Assembly: GCF_000007985.2 (NCBI RefSeq)
Contig: NC_002939.5
Location: 2,610,001-2,642,000, forward strand
Origin: Geobacter sulfurreducens PCA
GTDB lineage: Bacteria > Desulfobacterota > Desulfuromonadia > Geobacterales > Geobacteraceae
DNA: 32,000 nucleotides
Direction: 5' to 3'
Shown here: positions 1 through 9,299 of the stretch, in pieces
How the letters are laid out: every line of letters starts with the position of its first letter
Numbering within the stretch: position 1 is the stretch's first letter
Position numbers and translations under genes: made by a program
The notes under the pieces: generated by a model
Databases searched by the model: none
What the model was told of the DNA's origin: nothing
What the model saw: only the letters and a program-made list of their open reading frames with translations

Positions 1-703
1 TGCCGTGGACCACGAAGCCCCGGCGGCAGCCCAGCTTGTGGAGGACCCGGGCCAGGGGCTCCACCAGCTCCTCCCGGTAGACGCCCAGCACCTGGCAGTC
101 GGCGCCGGCGGGGTTGGTGAGGGGGCCGAGGATATTGAAGATGGTCCGGATGCCGATCTCCTTGCGGGGGCCGATGGCGTGCTTCATGGCGCCGTGCAGG
201 GCCGGGGCGAAGAGGAAGCCGATGCCGATCTTCGCAATGGCCTGCTCCACGGTCTCCGGGGTCACGTCCAGGTTGACGCCCAGGGATTCCAGCACGTCGG
301 CGCTGCCGCAGGCCGACGACACGGCCCGGTTGCCGTGTTTGGCCACCTTGACCCCGCAGGACGCCACCACGAAGGAGACGGTGGTGGAGATGTTGAAGGT
401 GTTGGTGCCGTCCCCGCCGGTGCCCACCACGTCCAGGATCGTTTCCTGGTCGATGTTGATGTCGTCCCGGTCGATATCGAGGACTCCCTTGCCGACCCGG
501 ATGGGGGTTGCCCGGTCCCGCATCACCCGCGCCGCGCCGGTGATCTCCTCCACCGTCTCACCCTTCATCCGCAGGGCGGTGATAAAGGCCGCGATCTGGG
601 CCGGGGTCGCCCCGCCGGACATGATCTGGTCCATCACCTCGATCATTTCCGCTTCCGTGAGGTCGATGCGCTCAACCACCTTGGCGATTGCTTTTTTGAT
701 CAT
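1..703 (-). CDS. trpD: anthranilate phosphoribosyltransferase, N-terminal ~234 codons (3' end lies beyond window start)
   Basis: Absent from the ORF track because it runs off the window edge. Reverse complement from ATG 703..701 reads [61 protein letters not shown]... and contains [14 protein letters not shown] (TrpD GTGGDG motif). It follows trpE-trpG on the same strand. Confidence 0.9.
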   Translation of the reverse strand, partial: MIKKAIAKVVERIDLTEAEMIEVMDQIMSGGATPAQIAAFITALRMKGETVEEITGAARVMRDRATPIRVGKGVLDIDRDDINIDQETILDVVGTGGDGTNTFNISTTVSFVVASCGVKVAKHGNRAVSSACGSADVLESLGVNLDVTPETVEQAIAKIGIGFLFAPALHGAMKHAIGPRKEIGIRTIFNILGPLTNPAGADCQVLGVYREELVEPLARVLHKLGCRRGFVVHG

Positions 704-714
704 CAGGTTCACCT

Positions 715-771
715 GTAGGGGCGATCCTTGTGATCGCCCTGTTTCCGGGCGAATACAAGATTCGCCCCTAC
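715..771. repeat. REP-like palindromic element (two tandem ~8-bp-stem hairpins that can also form one long hairpin) in the trpG-trpD spacer
   Basis: Hairpins gggcgatc-cttgt-gatcgccc (719..739) and gggcgaat-acaag-attcgccc (748..767). The outer arms gtaggggcga and tcgcccctac are also complementary. The trpG stop codon (768..770) lies inside the right arm. Confidence 0.6.
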
Positions 772-1340
772 GACCGTGTTATCTCCAGGAAATTACGCAG
801 AAGATCCATCCCCCCCTCGGTGAGGATCGACTCGGGGTGGAACTGGACCCCCCAGACCGGCAGCTCCCGGTGGGCAAGCCCCATGATCTCCCCCTCCTCT
901 ACCCAGGCGGTGATCTCCAGGCAGTCCGGAAGGCTGGCCCGCTCCACCACCAGGGAGTGGTAGCGGGTGGCGTTGAAGGGGTTGGGCAGCCCCCGGAACA
1001 GCCCCTGGCCGTTGTGATGGATGGGCGATGTCTTGCCGTGCATGAGGGTGGAGCTGCGGACCACCGTGCCGCCGAAGGCCGCGCCGATGGACTGGTGGCC
1101 AAGGCAGACGCCGAGGATTGGAATCTTCCCGGCAAAATGCCGGATGGCGGCCACGGAGATTCCCGCCTCCTCGGGCGAGCAGGGTCCGGGAGAGATGACC
1201 AGGCGCCGGGGCGCCAGGGCCTCGATCTCATCCAGGGTAATGCCGTCGTTGCGGAAGACCCGCACATCCTCGCCCAGCTCGCCGAAATACTGGACGATAT
1301 TGAAGGTGAAGGAATCATAATTGTCAATCATCAGGAGCAT
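768..1340 (-). CDS. trpG: anthranilate synthase component II (class I glutamine amidotransferase)
   Basis: 190 aa starting [19 protein letters not shown]. Contains the GATase triad context GVCLGHQ and FHPES. Sits directly downstream of trpE with a 1-nt gap. Confidence 0.93.
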   Translation of the reverse strand: MLLMIDNYDSFTFNIVQYFGELGEDVRVFRNDGITLDEIEALAPRRLVISPGPCSPEEAGISVAAIRHFAGKIPILGVCLGHQSIGAAFGGTVVRSSTLMHGKTSPIHHNGQGLFRGLPNPFNATRYHSLVVERASLPDCLEITAWVEEGEIMGLAHRELPVWGVQFHPESILTEGGMDLLRNFLEITRS

Positions 1341-1341
1341 G

Positions 1342-2817
1342 TCAGTCCAACCCCTTTTCCGCGGTCTCGATGGCCTTTACCACGGCCATGGCCTTGTTGA
1401 CCGTCTCCTGGTACTCGGAGGCCGGATCAGAGTCGGCCACGATGCCGGCCCCGGCCTGGAGGTGCACCACGCCGTCGCGGATGACGAGAGTGCGGATGGC
1501 GATGGCCAGGTCCATGGTGCCGGAGAAGGAGAAGTAGCCCACGGCGCCGCCGTAGACTTCCCGGCGCACCGGCTCCAGCTCGTCGATGATCTCCATGGCC
1601 CGCACCTTGGGGGCGCCGGAGAGGGTGCCGGCCGGGAAGGTGGCCCGCACCACGTCGAAGGCGTCCCTCCCCTCGGCCAGTTCGCCCTGGACGTTGGAAA
1701 CGATGTGCATCACGTGGGAGTAGCGCTCGATCACCATGAGCTCCGACACCTTCACGGTGCCGGTGCGGCAGACCCGCCCCAGGTCGTTGCGCCCCAGGTC
1801 CACGAGCATCACGTGCTCGGCCCGCTCCTTGGGGTCGGCCAGGAGTTCCTCCGCCAGTTGCTCGTCCTGTTCCGGCGTGGCGCCCCGGGGGCGGGTGCCG
1901 GCGATGGGGCGGAGCTCCACCCGGTTCCCCTCCCGACGCACCATGACTTCGGGAGAGGCGCCCACCACCAGGGTATCGTCCAGGCGGAGGAAAAACATGT
2001 AGGGCGACGGGTTCAGGGTCCGCAATACCCGGTAGATGTCGAGAGGGTCCACGGTGAGCTCGCCGGAAAAACGCTGGGACAGGACCACCTGGATGATGTC
2101 GCCGGCCCGGACGTACTCCTTGGCCCGTTCCACGGCATCCTCGAACGCCTCCCGGGTGATGTTGGAAGAAAAGGAGACCTTCCGGGCCGCGGCCGCGGCG
2201 GGCTGGGCCGGCAGCGGCGCCTTGAGCCGGGCAATGATCCCGTCGATCCGGGCAACGGCGTCGGCATAGGCCGCTTCGACGGAAACGCCCTCGTCCAGGT
2301 GGGCATTGGAGACCACCGTGATCTTCTGGCGCATATTGTCGAAAATCACGATGGTGTCGGTGATGAGGAAACAGGAGTCCCAGGCGCCGATCACGGCGGG
2401 TTTGTCCGTGGGAAGCCGCTCGAATTGGCGGACCATGTCGTAGCCGAGGTACCCCACGGCGCCGCCGAAGAAGCGGGGAAGCCCGGGGATCTCCACGGGC
2501 CGGAACCGGGCCAGGAAATCGCGGACAAAGCCGAGGGGGTCGTCCGTCGTCACGGAACGGGTCTCGCCGTTGGTGATGATCTCGACGGTGGTGCCCCGGC
2601 TCCGGATGACCGTGGAGGGGCTGGCGCCGAGGAAGGTATAGCGGGCCCACTTTTCGCCCCCCTCGATACTCTCCAGGAGGAAGGCATAGCGGCCGTCGTC
2701 GAGCTTGCGGAAGGCACTGACCGGGGTGTCCATATCCGCCATGATCTCGCGGCAGACGGGAATCAGGTTACCCCGGGCGCCCAGGGCGCGAAAGGTATCC
2801 ACATCGGGGAAATACAC
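1342..2817 (-). CDS. trpE: anthranilate synthase component I
   Basis: 491 aa with chorismate-binding signatures ([55 protein letters not shown]..). GTG start at 2817. Confidence 0.95.
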   Translation of the reverse strand: MYFPDVDTFRALGARGNLIPVCREIMADMDTPVSAFRKLDDGRYAFLLESIEGGEKWARYTFLGASPSTVIRSRGTTVEIITNGETRSVTTDDPLGFVRDFLARFRPVEIPGLPRFFGGAVGYLGYDMVRQFERLPTDKPAVIGAWDSCFLITDTIVIFDNMRQKITVVSNAHLDEGVSVEAAYADAVARIDGIIARLKAPLPAQPAAAAARKVSFSSNITREAFEDAVERAKEYVRAGDIIQVVLSQRFSGELTVDPLDIYRVLRTLNPSPYMFFLRLDDTLVVGASPEVMVRREGNRVELRPIAGTRPRGATPEQDEQLAEELLADPKERAEHVMLVDLGRNDLGRVCRTGTVKVSELMVIERYSHVMHIVSNVQGELAEGRDAFDVVRATFPAGTLSGAPKVRAMEIIDELEPVRREVYGGAVGYFSFSGTMDLAIAIRTLVIRDGVVHLQAGAGIVADSDPASEYQETVNKAMAVVKAIETAEKGLD

Positions 2818-2907
2818 GGGAGGCTCCGGAACGGGTCGGCAAGGGAGGTGGAACGAAAAAAGACCCTTTTTAGAATGGGTTAAACTAGCACGGGGAACAA
2901 CGGGGTG

Positions 2908-4752
2908 TCAAGAAACGGCGCAGGTGGAAAAGGCGCCGGGCAAGGTGAAACAGAATGTTGCCCCCTTACCGGGCTCACTCTCGGCCCAGATGCGGCCGCC
3001 ATGACGGAGGACGATCCGGTGGACCGTGGCAAGGCCGACGCCGGTTCCCTCATATTCGGAGGCGGCATGGAGGCGCTCGAACGGCTTGAAGAGCTTGTCG
3101 GCATGGGTCATGTCAAAGCCGGCGCCGTTGTCCGACACATAGAAGACCGGCTCACCCTCCTGGTACCACCGGCCGAAGCGGATAACGGCGCGCTCGACGC
3201 GCGAGGTGTATTTCCAGGCATTCTGCAGGAGATTCTGGAGCAGCAGCGGCAGCAGCGTGTGGTCGCCGGTGGCCGCCAGCCCCTCCTCGATCGTGACATC
3301 GACCCAGCGCCCGGGTTCGGTCTCCCGCAGGGTATCGATGATGTCGCGGGCCAGGCGGCTCAGGTCCGTTACCTCTTCGGTCAGCTCGGTCCGGGAGACC
3401 CGTGACAGGGTCAGCAGGTCGTCGATAATGGAGCCCATCCGGCGCGTGGCGGCCTGGAGCCGCGCCAGGTACTCGCGCCCCTGGTCGTCCAGCAGATAGC
3501 CGTAATCTTCCAGCAGAAAGGTTCCGTAGCTGTTGATATGGCGCAGGGGCGCCCGCAGGTCGTGGGAGACCGAGTAGCAGAACGATTCGAGCTCATGGTT
3601 GGACACGGTGAGCTGGTTGGTACGCTCCTCAACCCTCCGCTCAAGCTCCGTGTTCAGAACCCGGATCGACTCCTCGGCCCGCATCCGCTGGATGGCCAGA
3701 GCGAAGAACTTGGCCACGCGGCCGATGGCTTCCAGGTCGCGCTCGGTGTAGTCCCGGCCGGGATTGGCCAGGGAAATCTGGGCCACCACCTCGTCGCCGA
3801 GCATGACCGGCACCGACAGGAAGTGCCGGAGCGGGATATGCCCGTGCGGTACCCCCACGGCGCTGGGATGGCCGGCGGGATCATTGGTGTAGAAGGGACA
3901 TTTCGTATTGAGCGAGTGGCCCCAGAGGGTCGGATAGGAACCATCCTGGCCGGGCGGAAACAGGATTCTCCGCCCCTCCTCCCCCCCCTGCCAGAGGCAG
4001 TCCATCATAGAGGAAAACGTATGGATCACCAGGGTCCGCGACAGCGGATCGATGGTGGCCACGAAGCCCTGCTCGCTCCCGGTGAGCCCCATTGCCTCTT
4101 CCAGGATGCGGGTGGTGATCTCCTCAATGTCGACATCGGGGGAGATCAAGCAGGGATAGAGTTCCGCCAGTGCCCGATCAACCTCCGCGCGCCAGAGCAA
4201 GTCGTGGGTCCGCGACACCACCTGCCGCTCCAGGTCGCGGTAGAGGACGGCATTGCGGAAGATCAGCGCGAGGACCGTGGCGAGCCGTTCCAGTGATGCC
4301 GTAATGGTCTGGATGCCGGCCCGGTCCATGACGTCGAGCAGCAGAAGCACCCCCACCCGCTGTCTCCCCACGTTGAGGGGAAGGATGAGCGAATCGCCGT
4401 AGCCGAGGGCAGCCAGCACCGCGCCCCCCCGATCCGGCGGGCCCGCCGGCGACCAGAGTTCCGGCCCCTCCATTTCGTGACTCAGGAAAGCCAGCTGTTC
4501 GAGGGACTCCGGCGGGATCTCGCCCCGGCGCCTCTCGGGACAGATGCTCACCAGATCATGCCACCCTTCGGGGGCTTTGGGGACGCACTGCAGGAGCGCC
4601 ACGGTCCGAACCCCGACCAGCTCGCGGATCTGGGCAGTCAGATACGCGCCGCACCGGCCGGGATTCTCCGCCAACTTAAGCACGTTCTCCAGCAATTCCA
4701 GAAAAAGGAAGTGGAACGCGTTCTGATCCCGCTCAACAATCGGCTCCGCCAT
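2908..4752 (-). CDS. sensor histidine kinase with tandem GAF-like N-terminal region, HisKA and HATPase_c
   Basis: 614 aa. H-box FCYSVSHDLRAPLRHINSY, N-box LLQNAWKYT, G-boxes VSDNGAGFDM and GTGVGLATVHRIV. No TM segment is seen, so it is probably cytoplasmic. Its start overlaps the upstream gene's end by 20 nt. Confidence 0.9.
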   Translation of the reverse strand: MAEPIVERDQNAFHFLFLELLENVLKLAENPGRCGAYLTAQIRELVGVRTVALLQCVPKAPEGWHDLVSICPERRRGEIPPESLEQLAFLSHEMEGPELWSPAGPPDRGGAVLAALGYGDSLILPLNVGRQRVGVLLLLDVMDRAGIQTITASLERLATVLALIFRNAVLYRDLERQVVSRTHDLLWRAEVDRALAELYPCLISPDVDIEEITTRILEEAMGLTGSEQGFVATIDPLSRTLVIHTFSSMMDCLWQGGEEGRRILFPPGQDGSYPTLWGHSLNTKCPFYTNDPAGHPSAVGVPHGHIPLRHFLSVPVMLGDEVVAQISLANPGRDYTERDLEAIGRVAKFFALAIQRMRAEESIRVLNTELERRVEERTNQLTVSNHELESFCYSVSHDLRAPLRHINSYGTFLLEDYGYLLDDQGREYLARLQAATRRMGSIIDDLLTLSRVSRTELTEEVTDLSRLARDIIDTLRETEPGRWVDVTIEEGLAATGDHTLLPLLLQNLLQNAWKYTSRVERAVIRFGRWYQEGEPVFYVSDNGAGFDMTHADKLFKPFERLHAASEYEGTGVGLATVHRIVLRHGGRIWAESEPGKGATFCFTLPGAFSTCAVS

Positions 4753-5338
4753 CGCCTGTGCTCTCTTCCACTACCCGGACCAGCGCGGCGGCATCCACCG
4801 CCTCCACCGTCACGGGAAGCCCCAAGAAATGCCCGATTCTCTCCAGCTCCACCAGGGGGACCGCCGTCACCCCGGTATCCAGGTACGTAATACGTGTATG
4901 CATCTCACCCATGAACTGGGCGGCCAGGCGTGAGTCGGCAAAGCCGAGGCGCCGGATAAAGACGTCTTCCCAGCGTGAGGTCCATTCCGGAAGCAAAAAA
5001 AAGACCCCATCGCGCAGCATCCGGTGGTAACGCTCCGGCCCGAGCAGAATTTCACAGCAGTTGACTCCCCTGACGCGCCGGACACCGGGCAGGGAACCAT
5101 GCTCCGACATACGTGCGTGACAGTCGCCAAAGAGGAGCACCACCGGCCCGTCGTCCAGAGAACCGATCAGCCGGGTAATCTCTGCCTCCAGCAGGCTTGG
5201 CGTCATGTGGAGCATCGACTCCAGAAAGCGTACGGGCCAGGGGAAGCGCCCCTGCCGCGCGAGATGCTCGATCTCCGGCCGGAAGATGCCGCAGCTCACC
5301 ACCGTCGCATGCCCTGGCCCCAGCGCGTTATTGTCCAT
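4733..5338 (-). CDS. DUF1638-like protein (family usually encoded next to corrinoid methyltransferase genes)
   Basis: The ORF track gives 4733..5425. I prefer the internal ATG at 5338 (MDNNALGPGHATVVSCGIFRPEIEHL...LLFGDCHA...), which overlaps the upstream stop by 11 nt. The family assignment is from memory of DUF1638 sequence features and its genomic association. Confidence 0.65.
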   Translation of the reverse strand: MDNNALGPGHATVVSCGIFRPEIEHLARQGRFPWPVRFLESMLHMTPSLLEAEITRLIGSLDDGPVVLLFGDCHARMSEHGSLPGVRRVRGVNCCEILLGPERYHRMLRDGVFFLLPEWTSRWEDVFIRRLGFADSRLAAQFMGEMHTRITYLDTGVTAVPLVELERIGHFLGLPVTVEAVDAAALVRVVEESTGDGGADC

Positions 5339-6353
5339 GGCGCTGCCACTGCCGGATGGTATCCGCAACCGCGGAGATGGTTTCCGGCGGGGTATTCCAG
5401 GGCACGTCCGCGGCCGAGGAGGCAAAGATGAAATGGCGGTCGTCCCGGCGGTCGGCCAGGATTTCTGCCGTGACGCGGCAGGCGTCGTCGGGAGTCAGCA
5501 GGCCGAGCAGCGGCCCGTTGAGCTTGCCGAGCAGGACCCGTCCGTCGCCGACCCTGGCACGGGCGTCCTGGAAGCTGTCCCGCGGATCAATGACGAAACC
5601 GGCCACGCCGGGGAGCTCGGCCAGTTCTCCGAGAAAGGGGGCGATCCGGTTGCCGCCGTGATGGAACACCAGGGGACCCGGCACCTGCGCAAAGGCCGCC
5701 GCCAGGGCCGGCACGATCCGCTCGGCCGCAATCCGCGAAGTAACCAGCGCCGTATTGAAGAACATGACCGGCATGGCCACGAAATCGGCGCCGTCGCCCA
5801 GGAGGCGGCTCGCCATGGCCACGAAATGGCGGCCGGTCTTTTCCAGCACCGCTGATGCCAGTTCCGGCTCGAAGAGCAGCGTCTCCAGCCACGCGTCGAT
5901 CCCCATGATGATGGCGGGGAGATCCACGGGCGCGGTGAGGATGCCGGCCAGGGGAACCCGTCCCTTGTACCCGTCCGCCAGGAGCCGGACGCTCTCCCGC
6001 AGGTAGAGGAGGGCCGGGTGCGCGTCAGGGTCGGGATCGGCGAGGCGCATGAAATCGGCGGCATTCTTCACCACCGGCTTGACCACGTTGGGGGGGCCGT
6101 GCCGGTGGTAGACGACGGTGCTGCCGAAGGCCTCGGCCTCGCGGGCAAGGGCAAAGGGAGCAAAGAGGATGTCCGGCCCGAAGAGCTCCGCCACGCGATC
6201 CTGCCCCTCGGCGTAGAGACGCGGCGACGTGTAGTACTGCTCCGGCGACGCGCCGATCAGCCGGGCGCCGTACAGGCTCAGGGTGAGGGTGAACGGCGGA
6301 CGGTCGGTTTCAACACCCCCCATGGCGGCCATGACCCGTTCGAACGATGTCAT
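5328..6353 (-). CDS. uroporphyrinogen decarboxylase (URO-D) family protein, MtaA/CmuA-like methyltransferase fold
   Basis: 341 aa, MTSFERVMAAMGGVETDRPPFTL..., with URO-D family length and pattern. Its ATG forms an ATGA overlap with the corrinoid gene's stop (6350..6353). Confidence 0.8.
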   Translation of the reverse strand: MTSFERVMAAMGGVETDRPPFTLTLSLYGARLIGASPEQYYTSPRLYAEGQDRVAELFGPDILFAPFALAREAEAFGSTVVYHRHGPPNVVKPVVKNAADFMRLADPDPDAHPALLYLRESVRLLADGYKGRVPLAGILTAPVDLPAIIMGIDAWLETLLFEPELASAVLEKTGRHFVAMASRLLGDGADFVAMPVMFFNTALVTSRIAAERIVPALAAAFAQVPGPLVFHHGGNRIAPFLGELAELPGVAGFVIDPRDSFQDARARVGDGRVLLGKLNGPLLGLLTPDDACRVTAEILADRRDDRHFIFASSAADVPWNTPPETISAVADTIRQWQRHGQ

Positions 6354-7030
6354 GCCGCATCACTCCGGTCATGGGCGCGGCGCCACAATTCATCGAACAG
6401 CGTCGGCGCGGCCAGGGCGCTGTCGGCAGTGCCGTCTCCGCCCACTTCAGCCACCAGCTCCGGCCGGAGCTTGAACACGGCGCCCCCCACGGCAAGCTGC
6501 ACACGGCCGGAAAGCCCCAGACGGTCCAGTTCGTCGCGGACCTGGCGGATCGTGCGCGCCGTGACGAGCATCATGGCGGAAACGCCGATGATCCGCGCAT
6601 CGCTCTCCACGGCCCGGGCAATGAACTCGTGGGGGGGAACATCGTTGCCCAAGTCGATCACCTGCCAGCCGGCCGCCCGCAGGAAGGTGACGACCATCTT
6701 CCGCCCCAGTGAATGAAAATCGTCCTCGATGTTGCCGACGACCACGGGTCCCCGGACCGGCGGGCGCCCGCTGCCGTCGGCGGAGGCCAGCGCCTTGGTC
6801 AGCGTATCCTCGGCGATCTTGCCCGCCACGAACCCCTGGGCAAGACTGATCTCGTCCCTTCCCCACCGATCACCGATCTCGCGCAGCACGGGCTCCAGCA
6901 GGTCGCTGAGGGCATTGGTGTAGCCGTGTTCGTCCGCCCACCGGTCGATCAGTGCATTGGCGCCGTCACGGTCGGCGTCGACAATGAGACGCAGCAGCTC
7001 TTCGTGCTCACTGGTCAGGGACTGTTCCAT
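6350..7030 (-). CDS. cobalamin-binding corrinoid protein (B12-binding_2 cap + B12-binding Rossmann domain, MtaC/MtbC-like)
   Basis: Start chosen at ATG 7030 (MEQSLTSEHEELLRLIV), preceded by a GGGGGG SD and 1 nt after the upstream kinase stop. Complete base-off/His-on signature: DFHSLG (DxHxxG), 41 residues, SAM (SxL-like), 28 residues, GG. The 333-aa track ORF extends spuriously into the kinase gene. Confidence 0.87.
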   Translation of the reverse strand: MEQSLTSEHEELLRLIVDADRDGANALIDRWADEHGYTNALSDLLEPVLREIGDRWGRDEISLAQGFVAGKIAEDTLTKALASADGSGRPPVRGPVVVGNIEDDFHSLGRKMVVTFLRAAGWQVIDLGNDVPPHEFIARAVESDARIIGVSAMMLVTARTIRQVRDELDRLGLSGRVQLAVGGAVFKLRPELVAEVGGDGTADSALAAPTLFDELWRRAHDRSDAA

Positions 7031-7031
7031 G

Positions 7032-9299
7032 CTACCCCCCTTCGGGCTGGTCCAGGGTAAAATAGACGGTTGCCCCCTTGCCCACCTCGCCCTCGGCCCA
7101 GACGCGGCCTCCGTGGCGCTGGACGATCCGCATGACCGTGGCGAGCCCGATGCCGGTCCCCTCGAACTCCTCGGTCCGATGGAGCCGCTGGAACGGCCGG
7201 AACAGCTTGTCCACGTAGCGCATGTCGAAACCGGCGCCGTCGTCGCTGACGAAGACGGCCCGGATGCCGTCGACGTCGGCCGTGCCGACCCGGATATGGG
7301 CCTCCTCGTTTTTCGCCGTATACTTCCAGGCATTGTCCACAAGGTTGGCAAGGGCCACGCGCAGAAGCGTCGGGTCCCCCTCCGCCGTGATACCGTCGTC
7401 GATCTCGAAGGAAACCCGCCGCTCCGGCCAGCTCTCCTGGTGCTCCCGCACCAGTTCCCGCGCTATCCGGCTCAGGTTGACCCGCTCCCGCCGCATGACC
7501 TCGCGGGAAACGCGCGACAGCTCCAGCAGGTCGTCGATGAGCTGGCCCATGCGCCGGGCCGCGCTCCTGATCCGCTCCAGATAGCCCTTGCCCGTTTCCG
7601 GGAGGACGTCGCCGCACTCCTCCATCAGCGCCAGGCCGAATCCGTTTATGTGGCGCAGGGGCGCCCGAAGATCGTGGGATACCGAGTAGCTGAACGATTC
7701 CAGCTCACGATTGGCGGCCTCCAGCAGGGCCGTCCGCTCGCGCACCCGCTCCTCAAGCTCTGCGTTGAGCTGGCGAATCCGCTGTTCCGCCTGCTTGCGC
7801 TCGGTGATCTCCCGCAGCACCGCCTGCACGGCCGGTCGGCCCTGATGGGAGTAAGGGATGCCCACCACCTCCACATCAACCACGGTTCCGTCCAGGCGAA
7901 CGATCTGCTGCTCGCACAGCGGCGCCGGACTCCGCTCCTGGTAGAGCAGCTTGATCCGCTCGGCAACCACCTGGCGGCTGTTGGGATGGACGAAATCTGT
8001 AATCTCCCGCCCCAGGAGCTGATCGGCGGTATCGGCACCGTACAGGCGCAGGGCCGCGGGGTTGGCGAATACGTAACGGCCATCACAGTGGATGAGGACG
8101 GCATCGGGAGCGGATTCCACCAGCTGGCGGTAGCGCTCCTCGCTTTCCACCAGCCGGTCCTGGCTCACCTGGTACTCGTCGAGCTGCTGGCGCAACTCCT
8201 CTTCGGTCATGGCCAGCTCTTCGTTGCGCTCCTTCAGCTCGCTTTCCCGCGTCTTGACCGCATCGGCCATGGAGCGGAACCCGTCCCCCAGCTCGTCTAT
8301 TTCGCGGAAGCTGCGGGGCAGAGGCACAACGTCATAGCTGCCGCGGGCGATCTGACGGGCGCTGGCCATAAGCGCCGTGACCGGACGGAAGATCACCGAC
8401 CTCCCCGCCAGGGCCAGCAGCGAAGCCAGCACGATGGTCGCCAGGATGGCAATCCGGAAAATCATCTCGATCTCGTTCACCGGGGCCAGGGCCGTAGCCA
8501 GGGGGACCTCGACGATGACGAGCCACCCCGTCCCCGGAATCTGCACCACGCTGCCGAGGTGGCTCTTGCCGTTCATCACGTAGGTATGGGTGCCGGCCTT
8601 GCCCGCCAGCCCCTCGCGGACGATGTCGAGCCCGCCCAGGTCGGTCTGCCGGCGGACCAGGGAGTAGTCCGGATGACCGATGACCTTGCCGCGACTGCTG
8701 ACGATGATGACCGTTCCCTGGTCGTCGGGCTTCGCATGGGCGGAAATGTCGCTCAACACCCTGAGCCCGAGGGTGCCGACCACGACCCCATCCCCGGCCG
8801 GCGCGGCGAACATGACCGCCGGATCTCCGGAAATAGACGACAGGAATACCTTGGACCGGCTCAACTCCCCCTTGGTGCGCGTTTCCAGGAAAATCGGCAG
8901 CCTGGAGAAATCCATGCCGAGGTAATCGCCGGACGAACCCTTTGCATTGCGCGCAAGTGCAACGTTCACGACCCTGCCGGTGCGGTCGAGCAGGAAAAGC
9001 GATTCGAAGAGACCGGTGGAACTGATCTCTTCCGCAAGTTCGACAGACTGGCTGGCCTGGTCCTTATCATCCTCCAGAACCTTGCCGATGTGCTCGATGA
9101 AGTTGGACGGTTCCCGCAGGCTGCTCTCCACCTCCCGCGCGACCGCCCGCGCCAGGGTGAGGTTGCTTGCCCCCACGTGATGCAGAAGATCGCTGCGCTG
9201 GGCTGATCGCGCGATCAGTCCCACAGTGAGCACCGGCACCACCCCTACTATGAGCAGGGCCGCCAGCAGAGCCGTCTTGAAGCTTATCCGCCGGTTCAC
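7032..9299 (-). CDS. membrane sensor histidine kinase (periplasmic Cache-like domain, TM, HAMP, coiled coil, PAS, HisKA, HATPase_c)
   Basis: 755 aa. N-terminal TM ALLAALLIVGVVPVLTVGLI, second TM IAILATIVLASLLALAG followed by a HAMP-like segment. H-box FSYSVSHDLRAPLRHINGF, G-boxes VSDDGAGFDM and GTGIGLATVMRIV. The GTG start overlaps the upstream stop (GTGA at 9296..9299). Confidence 0.9.
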   Translation of the reverse strand: MNRRISFKTALLAALLIVGVVPVLTVGLIARSAQRSDLLHHVGASNLTLARAVAREVESSLREPSNFIEHIGKVLEDDKDQASQSVELAEEISSTGLFESLFLLDRTGRVVNVALARNAKGSSGDYLGMDFSRLPIFLETRTKGELSRSKVFLSSISGDPAVMFAAPAGDGVVVGTLGLRVLSDISAHAKPDDQGTVIIVSSRGKVIGHPDYSLVRRQTDLGGLDIVREGLAGKAGTHTYVMNGKSHLGSVVQIPGTGWLVIVEVPLATALAPVNEIEMIFRIAILATIVLASLLALAGRSVIFRPVTALMASARQIARGSYDVVPLPRSFREIDELGDGFRSMADAVKTRESELKERNEELAMTEEELRQQLDEYQVSQDRLVESEERYRQLVESAPDAVLIHCDGRYVFANPAALRLYGADTADQLLGREITDFVHPNSRQVVAERIKLLYQERSPAPLCEQQIVRLDGTVVDVEVVGIPYSHQGRPAVQAVLREITERKQAEQRIRQLNAELEERVRERTALLEAANRELESFSYSVSHDLRAPLRHINGFGLALMEECGDVLPETGKGYLERIRSAARRMGQLIDDLLELSRVSREVMRRERVNLSRIARELVREHQESWPERRVSFEIDDGITAEGDPTLLRVALANLVDNAWKYTAKNEEAHIRVGTADVDGIRAVFVSDDGAGFDMRYVDKLFRPFQRLHRTEEFEGTGIGLATVMRIVQRHGGRVWAEGEVGKGATVYFTLDQPEGG

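Noticed and set aside
5-2883. Long plus-strand ORFs (5..718, 114..1400, 1321..2883) overlapping trpD/trpG/trpE
   Set aside because: Their translations are low-complexity and rich in G/A/R/P/H/V, with no family resemblance. The opposite strand encodes unmistakable Trp biosynthesis enzymes, so these are typical antisense shadow ORFs of GC-rich DNA.
2818-2907. Trp attenuator, leader peptide or T-box upstream of trpE
   Set aside because: The 90-nt spacer has no Trp-codon-containing mini-ORF, no convincing terminator/antiterminator pair and no T-box core.
6350-7351. Track ORF giving a 333-aa corrinoid protein with a 107-aa N-terminal extension
   Set aside because: The extension overlaps the C-terminus of the upstream kinase and is Ser/Pro/Arg-rich nonsense. 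The internal ATG at 7030 has an SD and begins the recognisable B12-binding cap. Similar N-extensions were trimmed for 4733..5425, 9296..10594, 27953..28579, 28720..29721 and 29876..31006.
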